Part shown: positions 39,334 through 48,811 of the stretch, in pieces
Layout of the letters: every line of letters begins with the position of its first letter
Numbering within the stretch: the first letter of the stretch is position 1
Source of the DNA: a virus
Lineage: Duplodnaviria > Heunggongvirae > Uroviricota > Caudoviricetes
Direction: 5' to 3' (one strand)
IMG/VR virus record: IMGVR_UViG_2706794677_000013
Length of the DNA: 48,811 bases
Notes under the pieces: model-generated
Database searches by the model: none
What the model was told of the DNA's origin: nothing
The model's input: the letters and a program-made list of their open reading frames with translations, nothing else
Translations under genes and position numbers: made by a program

Positions 39334-42300
39334 ATGGCAGAGCAAACCTCGCGTCTCGCAATAATTATTGATAGCACTGGAGCGAAAAATAATGCTGACA
39401 ATCTGACCTCCTCATTAGTCAAAATGACGCAGGCTGGGGAAACTGCTGCAAATAGCGCAGGGAAAGTGACTAAGGCAACAGAAGATGAGAAGAACGCGCT
39501 CGCAAAATTAAAAGCAGCTATTGATCCAGTTGGTGCCGCAATTGATACTGTCGGTCGACGCTATTCTGAATTAAAGAAATTTTTCGATAAAGGGCTTATT
39601 GATAAAGAAGAATATGAATTTCTTGTCCGTAAACTTAATGAAACCACAGAGGAATTGAGCGGGGTTGCGCAAGCGCAGAGAGAAGCCGAGAAGGCCGGAA
39701 AACTTGCTGCCGCCCAGCAGGAAGCGCAGGCTCAGGCCTTTCAAAGAATGCTGGACAAGATCGACCCTCTGGCTGCGGCGCTAAGAAATCTTGAACAACA
39801 GCATGATGAACTTAATGCTGCGTTTGCATCCGGGAAAATAAATGGTTCTCAGTTTGAGAATTATAGCCGAAAAATACAGGAAACACGGCGAGAGCTTACC
39901 GGAGAGGCTCAGGCAGAGCGAGAAGCAGCAAAAGCGCATGATGAACAGGTTGTTGCTTTGCAACGTCTGATTGCTCAACTTGATCCTGTCGGAACTGCTT
40001 TTAATCGTCTGGTAGAACAACAGAAACAGCTCAATGAAGCAAAAGCTAAGGGGATGCTTTCTCCTGAAATGTATGAGGAGCTTTCTGGAAAACTTCGTGC
40101 TATGCGGAGTGAGCTTGAGGTTACTCAATCACAATTAAGCAAAACCGGAATGTCGGCAAAACAAACGGCTTTTGCTATGCGCATGTTGCCTGTACAAATG
40201 ACGGATATTGTTGTTGGGTTGTCCACTGGTCAGTCGCCATTTATGGTGTTAATGCAGCAGGGCGGCCAGCTAAAAGATATGTTCGGTGGGATTGGCCCGG
40301 CGATCAAAGGTGTAGGTTCTTATGTGCTGGGATTAATTAATCCTTTTACCCTGGCCGCAGCAGCCGTTGGGGTCTTAGGACTGGCTTACTATAAAGGCTC
40401 TCAGGAGCAGGACGAATTTAATAAATCTCTTATTCTTACCGGAAATCAGTTGGGGACAACCAGCGGGCAATTGGGCGATATAGCTCAACGTGCCGGGAAT
40501 GCGGCTGATTCGACAACTGGTGCTGCGGCGGCAGTATTAAATCAGCTTGTGCGTTCGGGAAAGGTAGCGAGCAGTTCGCTGGAGCAAGTGACGACAGCGA
40601 TAGTAAAAACGAGCGAAGTAACAGGAATATCAACCGAACAACTGGTTAATGACTTCAATGAAATTGCAAAGGATCCTGTCAGTGCCATATCAAAACTTAA
40701 TGATCAGTACCATTTTCTGACACTTGCGACTTATAACCAGATTAAGGCGCTACAGGATGAAGGGAACCAGCAGGAGGCCGCCCGCATTGCGACAGAAGAA
40801 TACTCATCCTCAATGATCCAGCGCACCAACCAGATTAAAGAAAATCTTGGTTATCTTGAGACTGCATGGAAAGCTGTCGCAGACTCCGCAAAATGGGCAT
40901 GGGATTCCATGCTGGATATTGGCCGTGAGGCCTCCCTTGATCAAAAAATCTCAGATGTTCTCCGTCAAATTGATGAAATAGAAAAAAATACCCGACCCGG
41001 AGTTTTCGGGTTAGGTGGCATTGGAGATGGCGGAGCTCAAAATAAAAGGCTGGCACGATTAAAGCAGCAATTGGGCGTACTTCAAGCAGAAAAAATTGCT
41101 CAGGACGTACTAAATTCATCAATAAACGATTACAACAAGCGACAACAGGAAGGAATTGAACTCAGACAGAGAGCAGATGCCTTTTCAAAACAATATCAGA
41201 CCCGGGAGCAGCAGAGAGCTAGTGAACTTGCAAAACTGGAAAAGCTAAAGAATCAGTATTCAAAGGAAGAATATAATAATCTTATCGCTCAAATAAATGA
41301 GCGTTATAAAGATCCAAAGCAACCAAAGGCGAAAGGTTATTCTGATGATGCAGCCCAACGAATGATTGATCATCTGAATCAACAGAATGCGTTACTAAGT
41401 TCACAAGCTGAGTTGACCGTTAAATTAAGTTCCTCTGAACAGGAACTGGTTAAGTGGCGTCAGCGGATTGCCGACCTAGAGTCACGACCATCATCGAAAT
41501 TAACCCAGGATCAGAAATCGCTTCTCTTACACCGGGAAGAAATAACCACGTTGATGGAGAAAAATGTTGCGATTGAAAAAAATAACAGGCTAATCAAGGA
41601 ATCCGCCGAAATAACAGCATGGCGTGATTCATTGCAGGCTTCGATTGATAATCGTCAGCAGGGGTATGATATTCAGATTGCTGGTTATGGGGTTGGCGAT
41701 AAAAATCAGCAACGCCAGCAGGAATTACTGCGGATTGAACATGGATATAACAATCAGCGTCTGCAACTTGAACGTGACTATGCAGATAAATCCCGTGGAA
41801 TGTCAGATCATGTTTTTCAAGAGAAAATGCAGGCTCTGAATGATGCTCTGGAACGGGAAAAAGAAATTGTCAGACAGAAAAACGAGCAGCTCGATATTCA
41901 GGCAGGAGACTGGGTTAGTGGTGCCTCCCAGGGATTCAATAACTGGCTGGATGACACTAAGGATATCAGTGAGCAGATAAAATCAACCACGACTCAGATG
42001 TTTGATGGGATGACCGATGCGCTGGGTGATTTTGTCACGACAGGCAAGGCAAATTTTCGTTCTTTCGCTACTTCCGTGATTTCGGATCTTAGTCGAATAG
42101 CATTAAAGGCTTCAATTACTGGGATTTTCGACAGCATTAGTAACAGTTCTTCTGGGGGGATTTTAGGAACTATCGGGAGTGCTATTAGTAAATTTATTCC
42201 GAATGCAAAGGGCGGTGTTTATGAGTCTCCGTCATTGAGCACGTATTCGAACGGTATTTATGATTCCCCGCAATTTTTTGCTTTTGCAAAAGGGGCTGGT

Positions 42301-42567
42301 GTTTTTGGTGAGGCTGGACCGGAAGCCATTATGCCATTAACACGAACTTCCGATGGTTCTCTTGGTGTCAGAGCTATTAATAGTAAAAGTGGTAATGGAG
42401 GCGGAGATATTACCTATGCCCCTGTATACCAAATCACTATTCAAAATGACGGCCAGAATGGAGAGATTGGCCCTCAGGCAATAAAAGCACTTATGGGGAT
42501 GGTTGATCAGCGGGTGCAGGGCAATCTGTTAAATATGCGACGTGATGGGGGAATGTTAAGTGGCTAA
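39334..42567 (+). CDS. Tail tape measure protein, 1077 aa
   Basis: Very long, coiled-coil-rich N-terminal half, Gly-rich C-terminal part; position. Confidence 0.85.
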   Translation: MAEQTSRLAIIIDSTGAKNNADNLTSSLVKMTQAGETAANSAGKVTKATEDEKNALAKLKAAIDPVGAAIDTVGRRYSELKKFFDKGLIDKEEYEFLVRKLNETTEELSGVAQAQREAEKAGKLAAAQQEAQAQAFQRMLDKIDPLAAALRNLEQQHDELNAAFASGKINGSQFENYSRKIQETRRELTGEAQAEREAAKAHDEQVVALQRLIAQLDPVGTAFNRLVEQQKQLNEAKAKGMLSPEMYEELSGKLRAMRSELEVTQSQLSKTGMSAKQTAFAMRMLPVQMTDIVVGLSTGQSPFMVLMQQGGQLKDMFGGIGPAIKGVGSYVLGLINPFTLAAAAVGVLGLAYYKGSQEQDEFNKSLILTGNQLGTTSGQLGDIAQRAGNAADSTTGAAAAVLNQLVRSGKVASSSLEQVTTAIVKTSEVTGISTEQLVNDFNEIAKDPVSAISKLNDQYHFLTLATYNQIKALQDEGNQQEAARIATEEYSSSMIQRTNQIKENLGYLETAWKAVADSAKWAWDSMLDIGREASLDQKISDVLRQIDEIEKNTRPGVFGLGGIGDGGAQNKRLARLKQQLGVLQAEKIAQDVLNSSINDYNKRQQEGIELRQRADAFSKQYQTREQQRASELAKLEKLKNQYSKEEYNNLIAQINERYKDPKQPKAKGYSDDAAQRMIDHLNQQNALLSSQAELTVKLSSSEQELVKWRQRIADLESRPSSKLTQDQKSLLLHREEITTLMEKNVAIEKNNRLIKESAEITAWRDSLQASIDNRQQGYDIQIAGYGVGDKNQQRQQELLRIEHGYNNQRLQLERDYADKSRGMSDHVFQEKMQALNDALEREKEIVRQKNEQLDIQAGDWVSGASQGFNNWLDDTKDISEQIKSTTTQMFDGMTDALGDFVTTGKANFRSFATSVISDLSRIALKASITGIFDSISNSSSGGILGTIGSAISKFIPNAKGGVYESPSLSTYSNGIYDSPQFFAFAKGAGVFGEAGPEAIMPLTRTSDGSLGVRAINSKSGNGGGDITYAPVYQITIQNDGQNGEIGPQAIKALMGMVDQRVQGNLLNMRRDGGMLSG

Positions 42568-42898
42568 TACGGAAGAATTTCACTGGTTACCAGAGGATGG
42601 AATGAAAACAGAAAATAAACCATCGATAAAAACTGTAAGATTTGGTGATGGTTATGAGCAACGAAGTCCAAATGGACTTAATCATTCTCTGCGCGTTTTC
42701 ACCTGTGATTTCAAAGTTGAGGCGAATGAACGTGATTCATTTGAAAAATTTTTAGCCCGGCATGAAGGCTATAAATCTTTTTTTTGGCGCCCGCCGGGTA
42801 TTAACAGAAAAATCAGAGTGGTGTGTCGAACGTGGTCAGCGACAGAACATATCACCTATACCGATTTTTCGTGTCAGTTTGACGAAGTGGTGATCTGA
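42560..42898 (+). CDS. Minor tail protein, lambda M-like
   Basis: [16 protein letters not shown] and ...FDEVV match my recollection of lambda gpM. Confidence 0.8.
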   Translation: MANTEEFHWLPEDGMKTENKPSIKTVRFGDGYEQRSPNGLNHSLRVFTCDFKVEANERDSFEKFLARHEGYKSFFWRPPGINRKIRVVCRTWSATEHITYTDFSCQFDEVVI

Positions 42899-43596
42899 TG
42901 CAGGACATACAACAGGAAACGCTGAATGAATGCATTCGTGCGGAGCAGTCGGCCAGCGTGGTGCTCTGGGAAATCGACCTGACCGAGGTAGGCGGGGATC
43001 GCTACTTTTTCTGCAATGAGCAGAACGAGAAAGGAGAGTCTGTCACCTGGCAGAGTCGGCAGTATCAGGCCTATCCCATTCAGGGGAGTGGATTTGAGAT
43101 GAACGGCAAAGGTGCCAGTGCAAGGCCAACGCTGAAAGTCTCTAATCTGCACGGCATGGTCACCGGGATGGCGGAAGACCTGCAGAGTCTGGTCGGCGGA
43201 ACGGTGGTCAGGCGTAAGGTTTACGCCCGTTTTCTGGATGCGGTGAACTTCGTCAACGGAAACAGTGACGCCGATCCGGAGCAGGAGGTGATCAGCCGCT
43301 GGCGTATTGAGCAGTGCAGCGAACTGAGCGCGGTCAGTGCCTCCTTTGTACTGTCCACGCCGACGGAAACGGACGGCGCTGTTTTTCCGGGGCGCATCAT
43401 GCTTGCTAATACCTGCACCTGGACCTATCGCGGTGATGAGTGCGGTTATCACGGTCCGGCTGTCGCGGATGAATATGACCAGCCAACGTCCGATATCACG
43501 AAGGATAAATGCAGCAAATGCCTGAGCGGTTGTAAGTTCCGCAATAACGTCGGCAACTTTGGCGGCTTCCTTTCCATTAACAAACTTTCGCAGTAA
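42898..43596 (+). CDS. Minor tail protein, lambda L-like, 232 aa
   Basis: Size and Cys-rich C-terminus (CSKCLSGCKF) as in lambda gpL. Confidence 0.8.
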   Translation: MQDIQQETLNECIRAEQSASVVLWEIDLTEVGGDRYFFCNEQNEKGESVTWQSRQYQAYPIQGSGFEMNGKGASARPTLKVSNLHGMVTGMAEDLQSLVGGTVVRRKVYARFLDAVNFVNGNSDADPEQEVISRWRIEQCSELSAVSASFVLSTPTETDGAVFPGRIMLANTCTWTYRGDECGYHGPAVADEYDQPTSDITKDKCSKCLSGCKFRNNVGNFGGFLSINKLSQ

Positions 43597-43601
43597 ATCC
43601 C

Positions 43602-44344
43602 ATGACACAGACAGAATCAGCGATTCTGGCGCACGCCCGGCGATGTGCGCCAGCGGAGTCGTGCGGCTTCGTGGTGAGAACACCGGAGGGGGAAAGATAT
43701 TTTCCCTGCGTGAATATTTCCGGTGAGCCGGAGGAGTATTTCCGGATGGCTCCGGAGGACTGGCTGCAGGCAGAGATGCAGGGTGAGATTGTGGCGCTGG
43801 TCCACAGCCACCCCGGTGGTCTGCCCTGGCTGAGTGAGGCCGACCGGCGGCTGCAGGTGCAGAGTGATTTGTCGTGGTGGCTGGTCTGCCGCGGGGCGAT
43901 TCACAAGTTCCGCTGTGTGCCGCATCTCACCGGGCGGCGCTTTGAGCACGGGGTGACGGNNNNNNNNNNNNNNNNNNNNNNNNNNNNNNNCTGGCGGGAA
44001 TTGAGATGCCAGATTTTCATCGTGAGGACGACTGGTGGCGTAATGGTCAGAATCTCTATCTGGATAATCTGGAGGCTACAGGGCTGTATCAGGTGCCGTT
44101 GTCAACGGCGCAGCCGGGCGATGTGCTGCTGTGCTGTTTTGGTTCATCGGTGCCGAATCATGCCGCCATTTACTGTGGTGACGGCGAGCTGCTGCACCAT
44201 ATTCCTGAACAACTGAGCAAACGAGAGAGGTATACCGACAAATGGCAGCGACGCACACACTCCCTCTGGCGTCACCGGGCATGGCACGCATCTGCCTTTA
44301 CGGGGATTTGCAGCGATTTGGCCGCCGCATCGACCTTCGTGTGA
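43602..44344 (+). CDS. Tail assembly protein, lambda K-like (JAB/MPN + NlpC/P60), interrupted by a 31-N run; exact end uncertain
   Basis: HSHPGG JAB-type motif in the first half; C-terminal half with a Cys/His catalytic-like region; frame changes across the N run. Confidence 0.7.
43960..43990. other. Run of 31 N inside the K-like gene
   Basis: Literal n characters. Confidence 1.
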
Positions 44345-44889
44345 AAACGGGGGCCGAAGCCATCCGGGCACTGGCCACACAGCTCCCGGCATTTCGTCAG
44401 AAACTGAGCGACGGCTGGTATCAGGTGCGCATTGCCGGGCGTGATGCAGGCGAAAATGAATTATCTGCCCGTCTTAATGAACCGCTGGCAAATGGTGCCG
44501 TGATCCACATCGTTCCGCGTCTGGCGGGTGCCAAAAGTGGCGGTGTGTTTCAGGCGGTGCTGGGTGCGGCGCTGATTGCGGTGGCATGGTGGAACCCTGT
44601 GGGCTGGCTGGGGGCCGCGGCTGTATCGGGTATGTATGCAGCAGGGGCCAGTATGATCCTGGGTGGTGTGGCGCAGATGCTGGCACCGAAAGCCAGGACG
44701 CCCACGGCAGCCAGTACAGATAACGGCAAACAGAACACGTATTTCTCGTCACTGGATAACATGGTTGCCCAGGGTAATGTTCTGCCTGTTCTGTACGGGG
44801 AAATGCGCGTGGGGTCACGTGTGGTTTCTCAGGAGATCAGCACGGCAGACGAAGGGGATGGTGGTCAGGTTGTGGTGATTGGTCGCTGA
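44242..44889 (+). CDS. Tail assembly protein, lambda I-like, 215 aa
   Basis: MAATHTLPLASPGMARICLYGDLQRFG... and C-terminus matching lambda gpI as recalled. Confidence 0.8.
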   Translation: MAATHTLPLASPGMARICLYGDLQRFGRRIDLRVKTGAEAIRALATQLPAFRQKLSDGWYQVRIAGRDAGENELSARLNEPLANGAVIHIVPRLAGAKSGGVFQAVLGAALIAVAWWNPVGWLGAAAVSGMYAAGASMILGGVAQMLAPKARTPTAASTDNGKQNTYFSSLDNMVAQGNVLPVLYGEMRVGSRVVSQEISTADEGDGGQVVVIGR

Positions 44890-44949
44890 TGCAAAATGTT
44901 TTATGAGAAACCGCCTGCGGGCGGTTTTGTCGTTTATGGAGCGTGAGGA

Positions 44950-47900
44950 ATGGGTAAAGGCAGCAGTAAGGGGCATACCCCGCGCGAAGCGAAGGACAAC
45001 CTGAAGTCCACGCAGCTGCTGAGTGTGATCGATGCCATCAGTGAAGGGCCGGTTGAAGGTCCGGTGGATGGATTAAAAAGCGTGCTGCTGAACAGTACGC
45101 CGGTGCTGGACAATGAGGGGAATACCAACATCTCCGGCGTCACGGTGGTGTTCCGGGCAGGTGAGCAGGAGCAGTCACCGCCGGAGGGGTTTGAATCCTC
45201 CGGCTCCGAGACGGTGCTGGGTACGGAAGTGAAATATGACACGCCGATCACCCGGACCATCACGTCGGCAAACATCGACCGTCTGCGCTTTACCTTCGGT
45301 GTACAGGCACTGGTGGAAACCACCTCAAAGGGAGACAGGAATCCGTCGGAAGTCCGCCTGCTGGTTCAGATACAGCGTAACGGTGGCTGGGTGACGGAAA
45401 AAGACATCACCATTAAGGGCAAAACCACCTCGCAGTATCTGGTCTCGGTGGTGGTGGATAACCTGCCTCCGCGCCCGTTCAGTATCCGGATGCGCAGGAT
45501 GACACCGGACAGCACCACAGACCAGCTGCAGAACAAAACGCTCTGGTCGTCATACACCGAAATCATCGATGTGAAACAGTGCTACCCGAACACTGCACTG
45601 GTCGGCGTACAGGTGGACTCGGAGCAGTTCGGCAGCCAGCAGGTGAGTCGTAATTATCATCTTCGCGGGCGCATTCTGCAGGTGCCGTCGAACTATAACC
45701 CGCAGACGCGACAATACAGCGGTATCTGGGACGGAACGTTAAAACCAGCATACAGCAACAACATGGCCTGGTGTCTGTGGGATATGCTGACCCACCCGCG
45801 CTACGGCATGGGGAAACGTCTTGGTGCGGCGGATGTGGACAAATGGGCGCTGTATGTCATCGGCCAGTACTGCGACCAGTCAGTGCCGGACGGCTTTGGC
45901 GGCACGGAGCCGCGCATCACCTGTAATGCGTACCTGACCACACAGCGCAAGGCGTGGGATGTGCTCAGTGATTTCTGCTCGGCGATGCGCTGTATGCCGG
46001 TATGGAACGGGCAGACGCTGACGTTCGTGCAGGACCGACCGTCGGATAAGGTGTGGACCTATAACCGCAGTAATGTGGTGATGCCGGATGATGGCGCGCC
46101 GTTCCGCTACAGCTTCAGCGCCCTGAAAGACCGCCATAATGCCGTTGAGGTGAACTGGATTGACCCGGATAACGGCTGGGAGACGGCGACAGAGCTTGTG
46201 GAGGATACGCAGGCCATTGCCCGTTACGGTCGTAACGTCACGAAGATGGATGCTTTTGGCTGTACCAGCCGGGGGCAGGCACACCGCGCCGGGCTGTGGC
46301 TGATTAAAACAGAACTGCTGGAAACGCAGACCGTGGACTTCAGCGTGGGCGCAGAAGGGCTTCGCCATGTGCCGGGCGATGTCATTGAAATCTGTGATGA
46401 TGACTATGCGGGTATCAGCATCGGCGGGCGCGTGCTGGCGGTAAACAGCCAGACCCGGACGCTGACGCTCGACCGTGAAATCACGCTGCCATCCTCCGGT
46501 ACCATGCTGATAAGCCTGGTTGACGGAAGTGGCAATCCGGTCAGCGTGGAGGTTCAGTCCGTCACCGACGGCGTGAAGGTGAAAGTGAGCCGTGTTCCTG
46601 ACGGCGTTGCTGAATACAGCGTGTGGGGGCTGAAGCTGCCGACGTTGCGCCAGCGCCTGTTCCGCTGTGTGAGTATCCGTGAGAACGATGACGGCACGTA
46701 TGCCATCACTGCCGTGCAGCATGTACCGGAAAAAGAAGCCATCGTGGATAACGGGGCGCACTTTGACGGCGACCAGAGCGGCACGGTGAATGGTGTCACG
46801 CCGCCAGCGGTGCAGCACCTGACTGCCGAAGTCACCGCAGACAGCGGGGAATATCAGGTGCTGGCGCGCTGGGACACGCCGAAGGTGGTGAAGGGGGTGA
46901 GCTTTATGCTTCGCCTGACCGTGGCAGCGGATGACGGCAGTGAGCGGCTGGTCAGCACGGCCCGGACGACGGAAACCACATACCGCTTCACGCAACTGGC
47001 GCTGGGACGGTACACGCTGACAGTCCGGGCGGTAAATGCCTGGGGACAGCAGGGCGATCCGGCGTCGGTATCGTTCAGGATTGCCGCACCGGTAGCACCG
47101 TCGCGGATTGAGCTGACGCCGGGCTATTTTCAGATAACTGCCACGCCGCATCTTGCGGTTTATGATCCGACGGTACAGTTTGAGTTCTGGTTCTCGGAAA
47201 CGCGGATTACCGATATCAGGCAGGTTGAAACCACAGCCCGCTACCTTGGCGCGGGGCTGTACTGGATAGCCGCCAGTATCAATATCAAACCGGGCCATGA
47301 TTATTACTTTTATATCCGCAGTGTGAACACCGTTGGCAAATCGGCATTCGTGGAGGCCGTCGGTCGGGCGAGCGATGATGCGGAAGGTTACCTGGATTTT
47401 TTCAAAGGCAAGATAACCGAATCCCATCTCGGTAAAGAGCTGCTGGAAAAAGTTGATCTGACGGAGGATAACGCCAGCAGACTGGATGAGTTTTCGAAAG
47501 AGTGGAAGGACGCTAACGATAAATGGAATGCGATGTGGGGCGTCAAAATTGAGCAGACCAAAGACGGCAAACATTATGTCGCGGGTATTGGCCTCAGCAT
47601 GGAGGACACGGAGGAAGGCAAGCTGAGCCAGTTTCTGGTTGCCGCCAATCGTATCGCGTTTATTGACCCGGCAAACGGGAATGAAACGCCGATGTTTGTG
47701 GCGCAGGGCAACCAGATATTCATGAACGACGTGTTCCTGAAGCGCCTGACAGCCCCCGCCATTACCAGCGGTGGCAGTCCTCCGGTATTTTCCCTGACAT
47801 CAGACGGAAAGCTGACCGCTAAAAATGCGGATATCAGTGGTAGTGTGAATGCGAACTCAGGAACGCTCAACAATGTCACGATTAACCAGAACTGTACGAT

Positions 47901-48363
47901 TAAGGGCATGCTGGAGGCGACCCAGGTCAGAGGGGATTTCGTTAAAGCTGTATCAAAAGCCTTCCCGAAAAAAGTCGGTACGTGGGGTAACACGGAAACA
48001 CCAGACGGTACGGTTACAGTCACCATCAGCGATGATCATAACTTTGACCGCCAGATTATTATTCCGCCCATTATTTTTAACGGTATAGCGTATGACGATC
48101 CGGGGAGCGGAAATAACCCGGGAGGCACGCGATACACGGGTTATGGTTTTGAAGTTCGCAAAAACGGCGTATTAATCGCATCCAGAGAAACTAAAGGGGC
48201 CATTCCCGGTAGTTACAGTGCAGTTATTGATATGCCTAGTGGTGGTGGTAGCGTCACTCTGGAGTTTAAGATTTTCCAGAAAGGCAATCAGGGGGCAGGC
48301 AATATCACCGACTGTACGGTGATTGTGACCAAAAAAGCGGCTTCCGGCATCAGTATTCGTTGA
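44950..48363 (+). CDS. J: Host specificity / central tail fibre protein, lambda J-like, 1137 aa
   Basis: Size, position after I, and sequence recollection of lambda gpJ. Confidence 0.88.
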   Translation: MGKGSSKGHTPREAKDNLKSTQLLSVIDAISEGPVEGPVDGLKSVLLNSTPVLDNEGNTNISGVTVVFRAGEQEQSPPEGFESSGSETVLGTEVKYDTPITRTITSANIDRLRFTFGVQALVETTSKGDRNPSEVRLLVQIQRNGGWVTEKDITIKGKTTSQYLVSVVVDNLPPRPFSIRMRRMTPDSTTDQLQNKTLWSSYTEIIDVKQCYPNTALVGVQVDSEQFGSQQVSRNYHLRGRILQVPSNYNPQTRQYSGIWDGTLKPAYSNNMAWCLWDMLTHPRYGMGKRLGAADVDKWALYVIGQYCDQSVPDGFGGTEPRITCNAYLTTQRKAWDVLSDFCSAMRCMPVWNGQTLTFVQDRPSDKVWTYNRSNVVMPDDGAPFRYSFSALKDRHNAVEVNWIDPDNGWETATELVEDTQAIARYGRNVTKMDAFGCTSRGQAHRAGLWLIKTELLETQTVDFSVGAEGLRHVPGDVIEICDDDYAGISIGGRVLAVNSQTRTLTLDREITLPSSGTMLISLVDGSGNPVSVEVQSVTDGVKVKVSRVPDGVAEYSVWGLKLPTLRQRLFRCVSIRENDDGTYAITAVQHVPEKEAIVDNGAHFDGDQSGTVNGVTPPAVQHLTAEVTADSGEYQVLARWDTPKVVKGVSFMLRLTVAADDGSERLVSTARTTETTYRFTQLALGRYTLTVRAVNAWGQQGDPASVSFRIAAPVAPSRIELTPGYFQITATPHLAVYDPTVQFEFWFSETRITDIRQVETTARYLGAGLYWIAASINIKPGHDYYFYIRSVNTVGKSAFVEAVGRASDDAEGYLDFFKGKITESHLGKELLEKVDLTEDNASRLDEFSKEWKDANDKWNAMWGVKIEQTKDGKHYVAGIGLSMEDTEEGKLSQFLVAANRIAFIDPANGNETPMFVAQGNQIFMNDVFLKRLTAPAITSGGSPPVFSLTSDGKLTAKNADISGSVNANSGTLNNVTINQNCTIKGMLEATQVRGDFVKAVSKAFPKKVGTWGNTETPDGTVTVTISDDHNFDRQIIIPPIIFNGIAYDDPGSGNNPGGTRYTGYGFEVRKNGVLIASRETKGAIPGSYSAVIDMPSGGGSVTLEFKIFQKGNQGAGNITDCTVIVTKKAASGISIR

Positions 48364-48385
48364 AATATTTATAACCCCAATAAAT

Positions 48386-48409
48386 GGCGTCAGGAATGAC
48401 GCCTTTTTT
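48386..48409 (+). terminator. Intrinsic terminator after J
   Basis: ggcgtca ggaa tgacgcc hairpin followed by tttttta. Confidence 0.6.
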
Positions 48410-48433
48410 ATTGCAGAAAAGCGAGAGGTAATT

Positions 48434-48811
48434 ATGCGTAAAGTTTGTGCCGCCATTTTGTCCGCAGCCATTTGTCTGGCCGTATCCGGTGCGCCTGCAT
48501 GGGCGTCTGAACATCAGTCCACGCTGAGCGCGGGGTATCTTCATGCCCGGACCAACGTTCCCGGCAGTGATGATCTGAACGGGATTAACGTGAAATACCG
48601 TTATGAGTTTACGGATACGCTGGGGCTGGTGACGTCATTCAGCTATGCAGGAGACAAGAATCGCCAGCTGACCCGTTACAGCGATACCCGCTGGCATGAA
48701 GATTCCGTGCGTAACCGCTGGTTCAGCGTGATGGCGGGGCCGTCTGTGCGCGTGAATGAATGGTTCAGCGCGTATGCGATGGCGGGTGTGGCTTACAGCC
48801 GTGTGTCGACT
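48434..48811 (+). CDS. lom: Lom-family outer membrane protein, 3' end beyond the window
   Basis: Signal peptide MRKVCAAILSAAICLAVSGAPAWA followed by beta-barrel-like sequence; ATG preceded by gagagg. Confidence 0.8.
   Translation, partial: MRKVCAAILSAAICLAVSGAPAWASEHQSTLSAGYLHARTNVPGSDDLNGINVKYRYEFTDTLGLVTSFSYAGDKNRQLTRYSDTRWHEDSVRNRWFSVMAGPSVRVNEWFSAYAMAGVAYSRVST

Noticed and set aside
1656-43990. The seven N runs considered as possible biological features (for example variable or hypermodified regions)
   Set aside because: They are literal undetermined bases, three of identical 250-nt length; they are assembly gaps or masking and carry no sequence information
45880-47574. 564-aa minus-strand ORF
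   Set aside because: Lies entirely antisense inside the J-like tail fibre gene; Arg/Pro/His-rich low-complexity translation typical of a spurious antisense frame in GC-rich coding DNA
1-48811. Search for tRNA/rRNA genes, insertion sequences or transposases
   Set aside because: No ORF resembling a transposase and no segment I could recognise as a tRNA cloverleaf by eye; a tRNAscan-type search would be needed to exclude small tRNAs in the AT-rich spacers

Overview
The window is almost entirely one lambdoid prophage of the E. coli Rac type, read from its integrase end to lom, and its most promising unexplained content is a two-gene AT-rich cassette at 16276..18315. All calls rest on reading the six-frame translations and the DNA by eye; no database search or computation was run, so family names are recollection, not hits. 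Gene order on the + strand is: integrase and excisionase (1..1453, minus strand); RecE/RecT recombination, racC, ydaE, kilR and sieB; the racR / ydaS-ydaT switch; ydaU/ydaV-like replication genes; a nin-like region with a QueH-like gene and a hok-type toxin; a Q-like late regulator with a tR'-like terminator; two lipoproteins with TolA domain-III-like C-termini; a phage-21-type lysis cassette; trkG; a ParB-like protein and a glycosyltransferase-like protein; then terminase, portal, head, lambda-like tail genes and lom. Seven N runs (three of exactly 250 nt) interrupt genes, and the replication/nin region contains partially duplicated segments next to those runs, so the linear order between 9.8 and 16.2 kb is not trustworthy. 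Other cargo worth follow-up includes the TolA-like lipoprotein pair at the moron site after Q, the ParB-like/glycosyltransferase-like pair, the QueH-like gene and the hok-type toxin. No CRISPR array, rRNA, tRNA or transposase was recognised.
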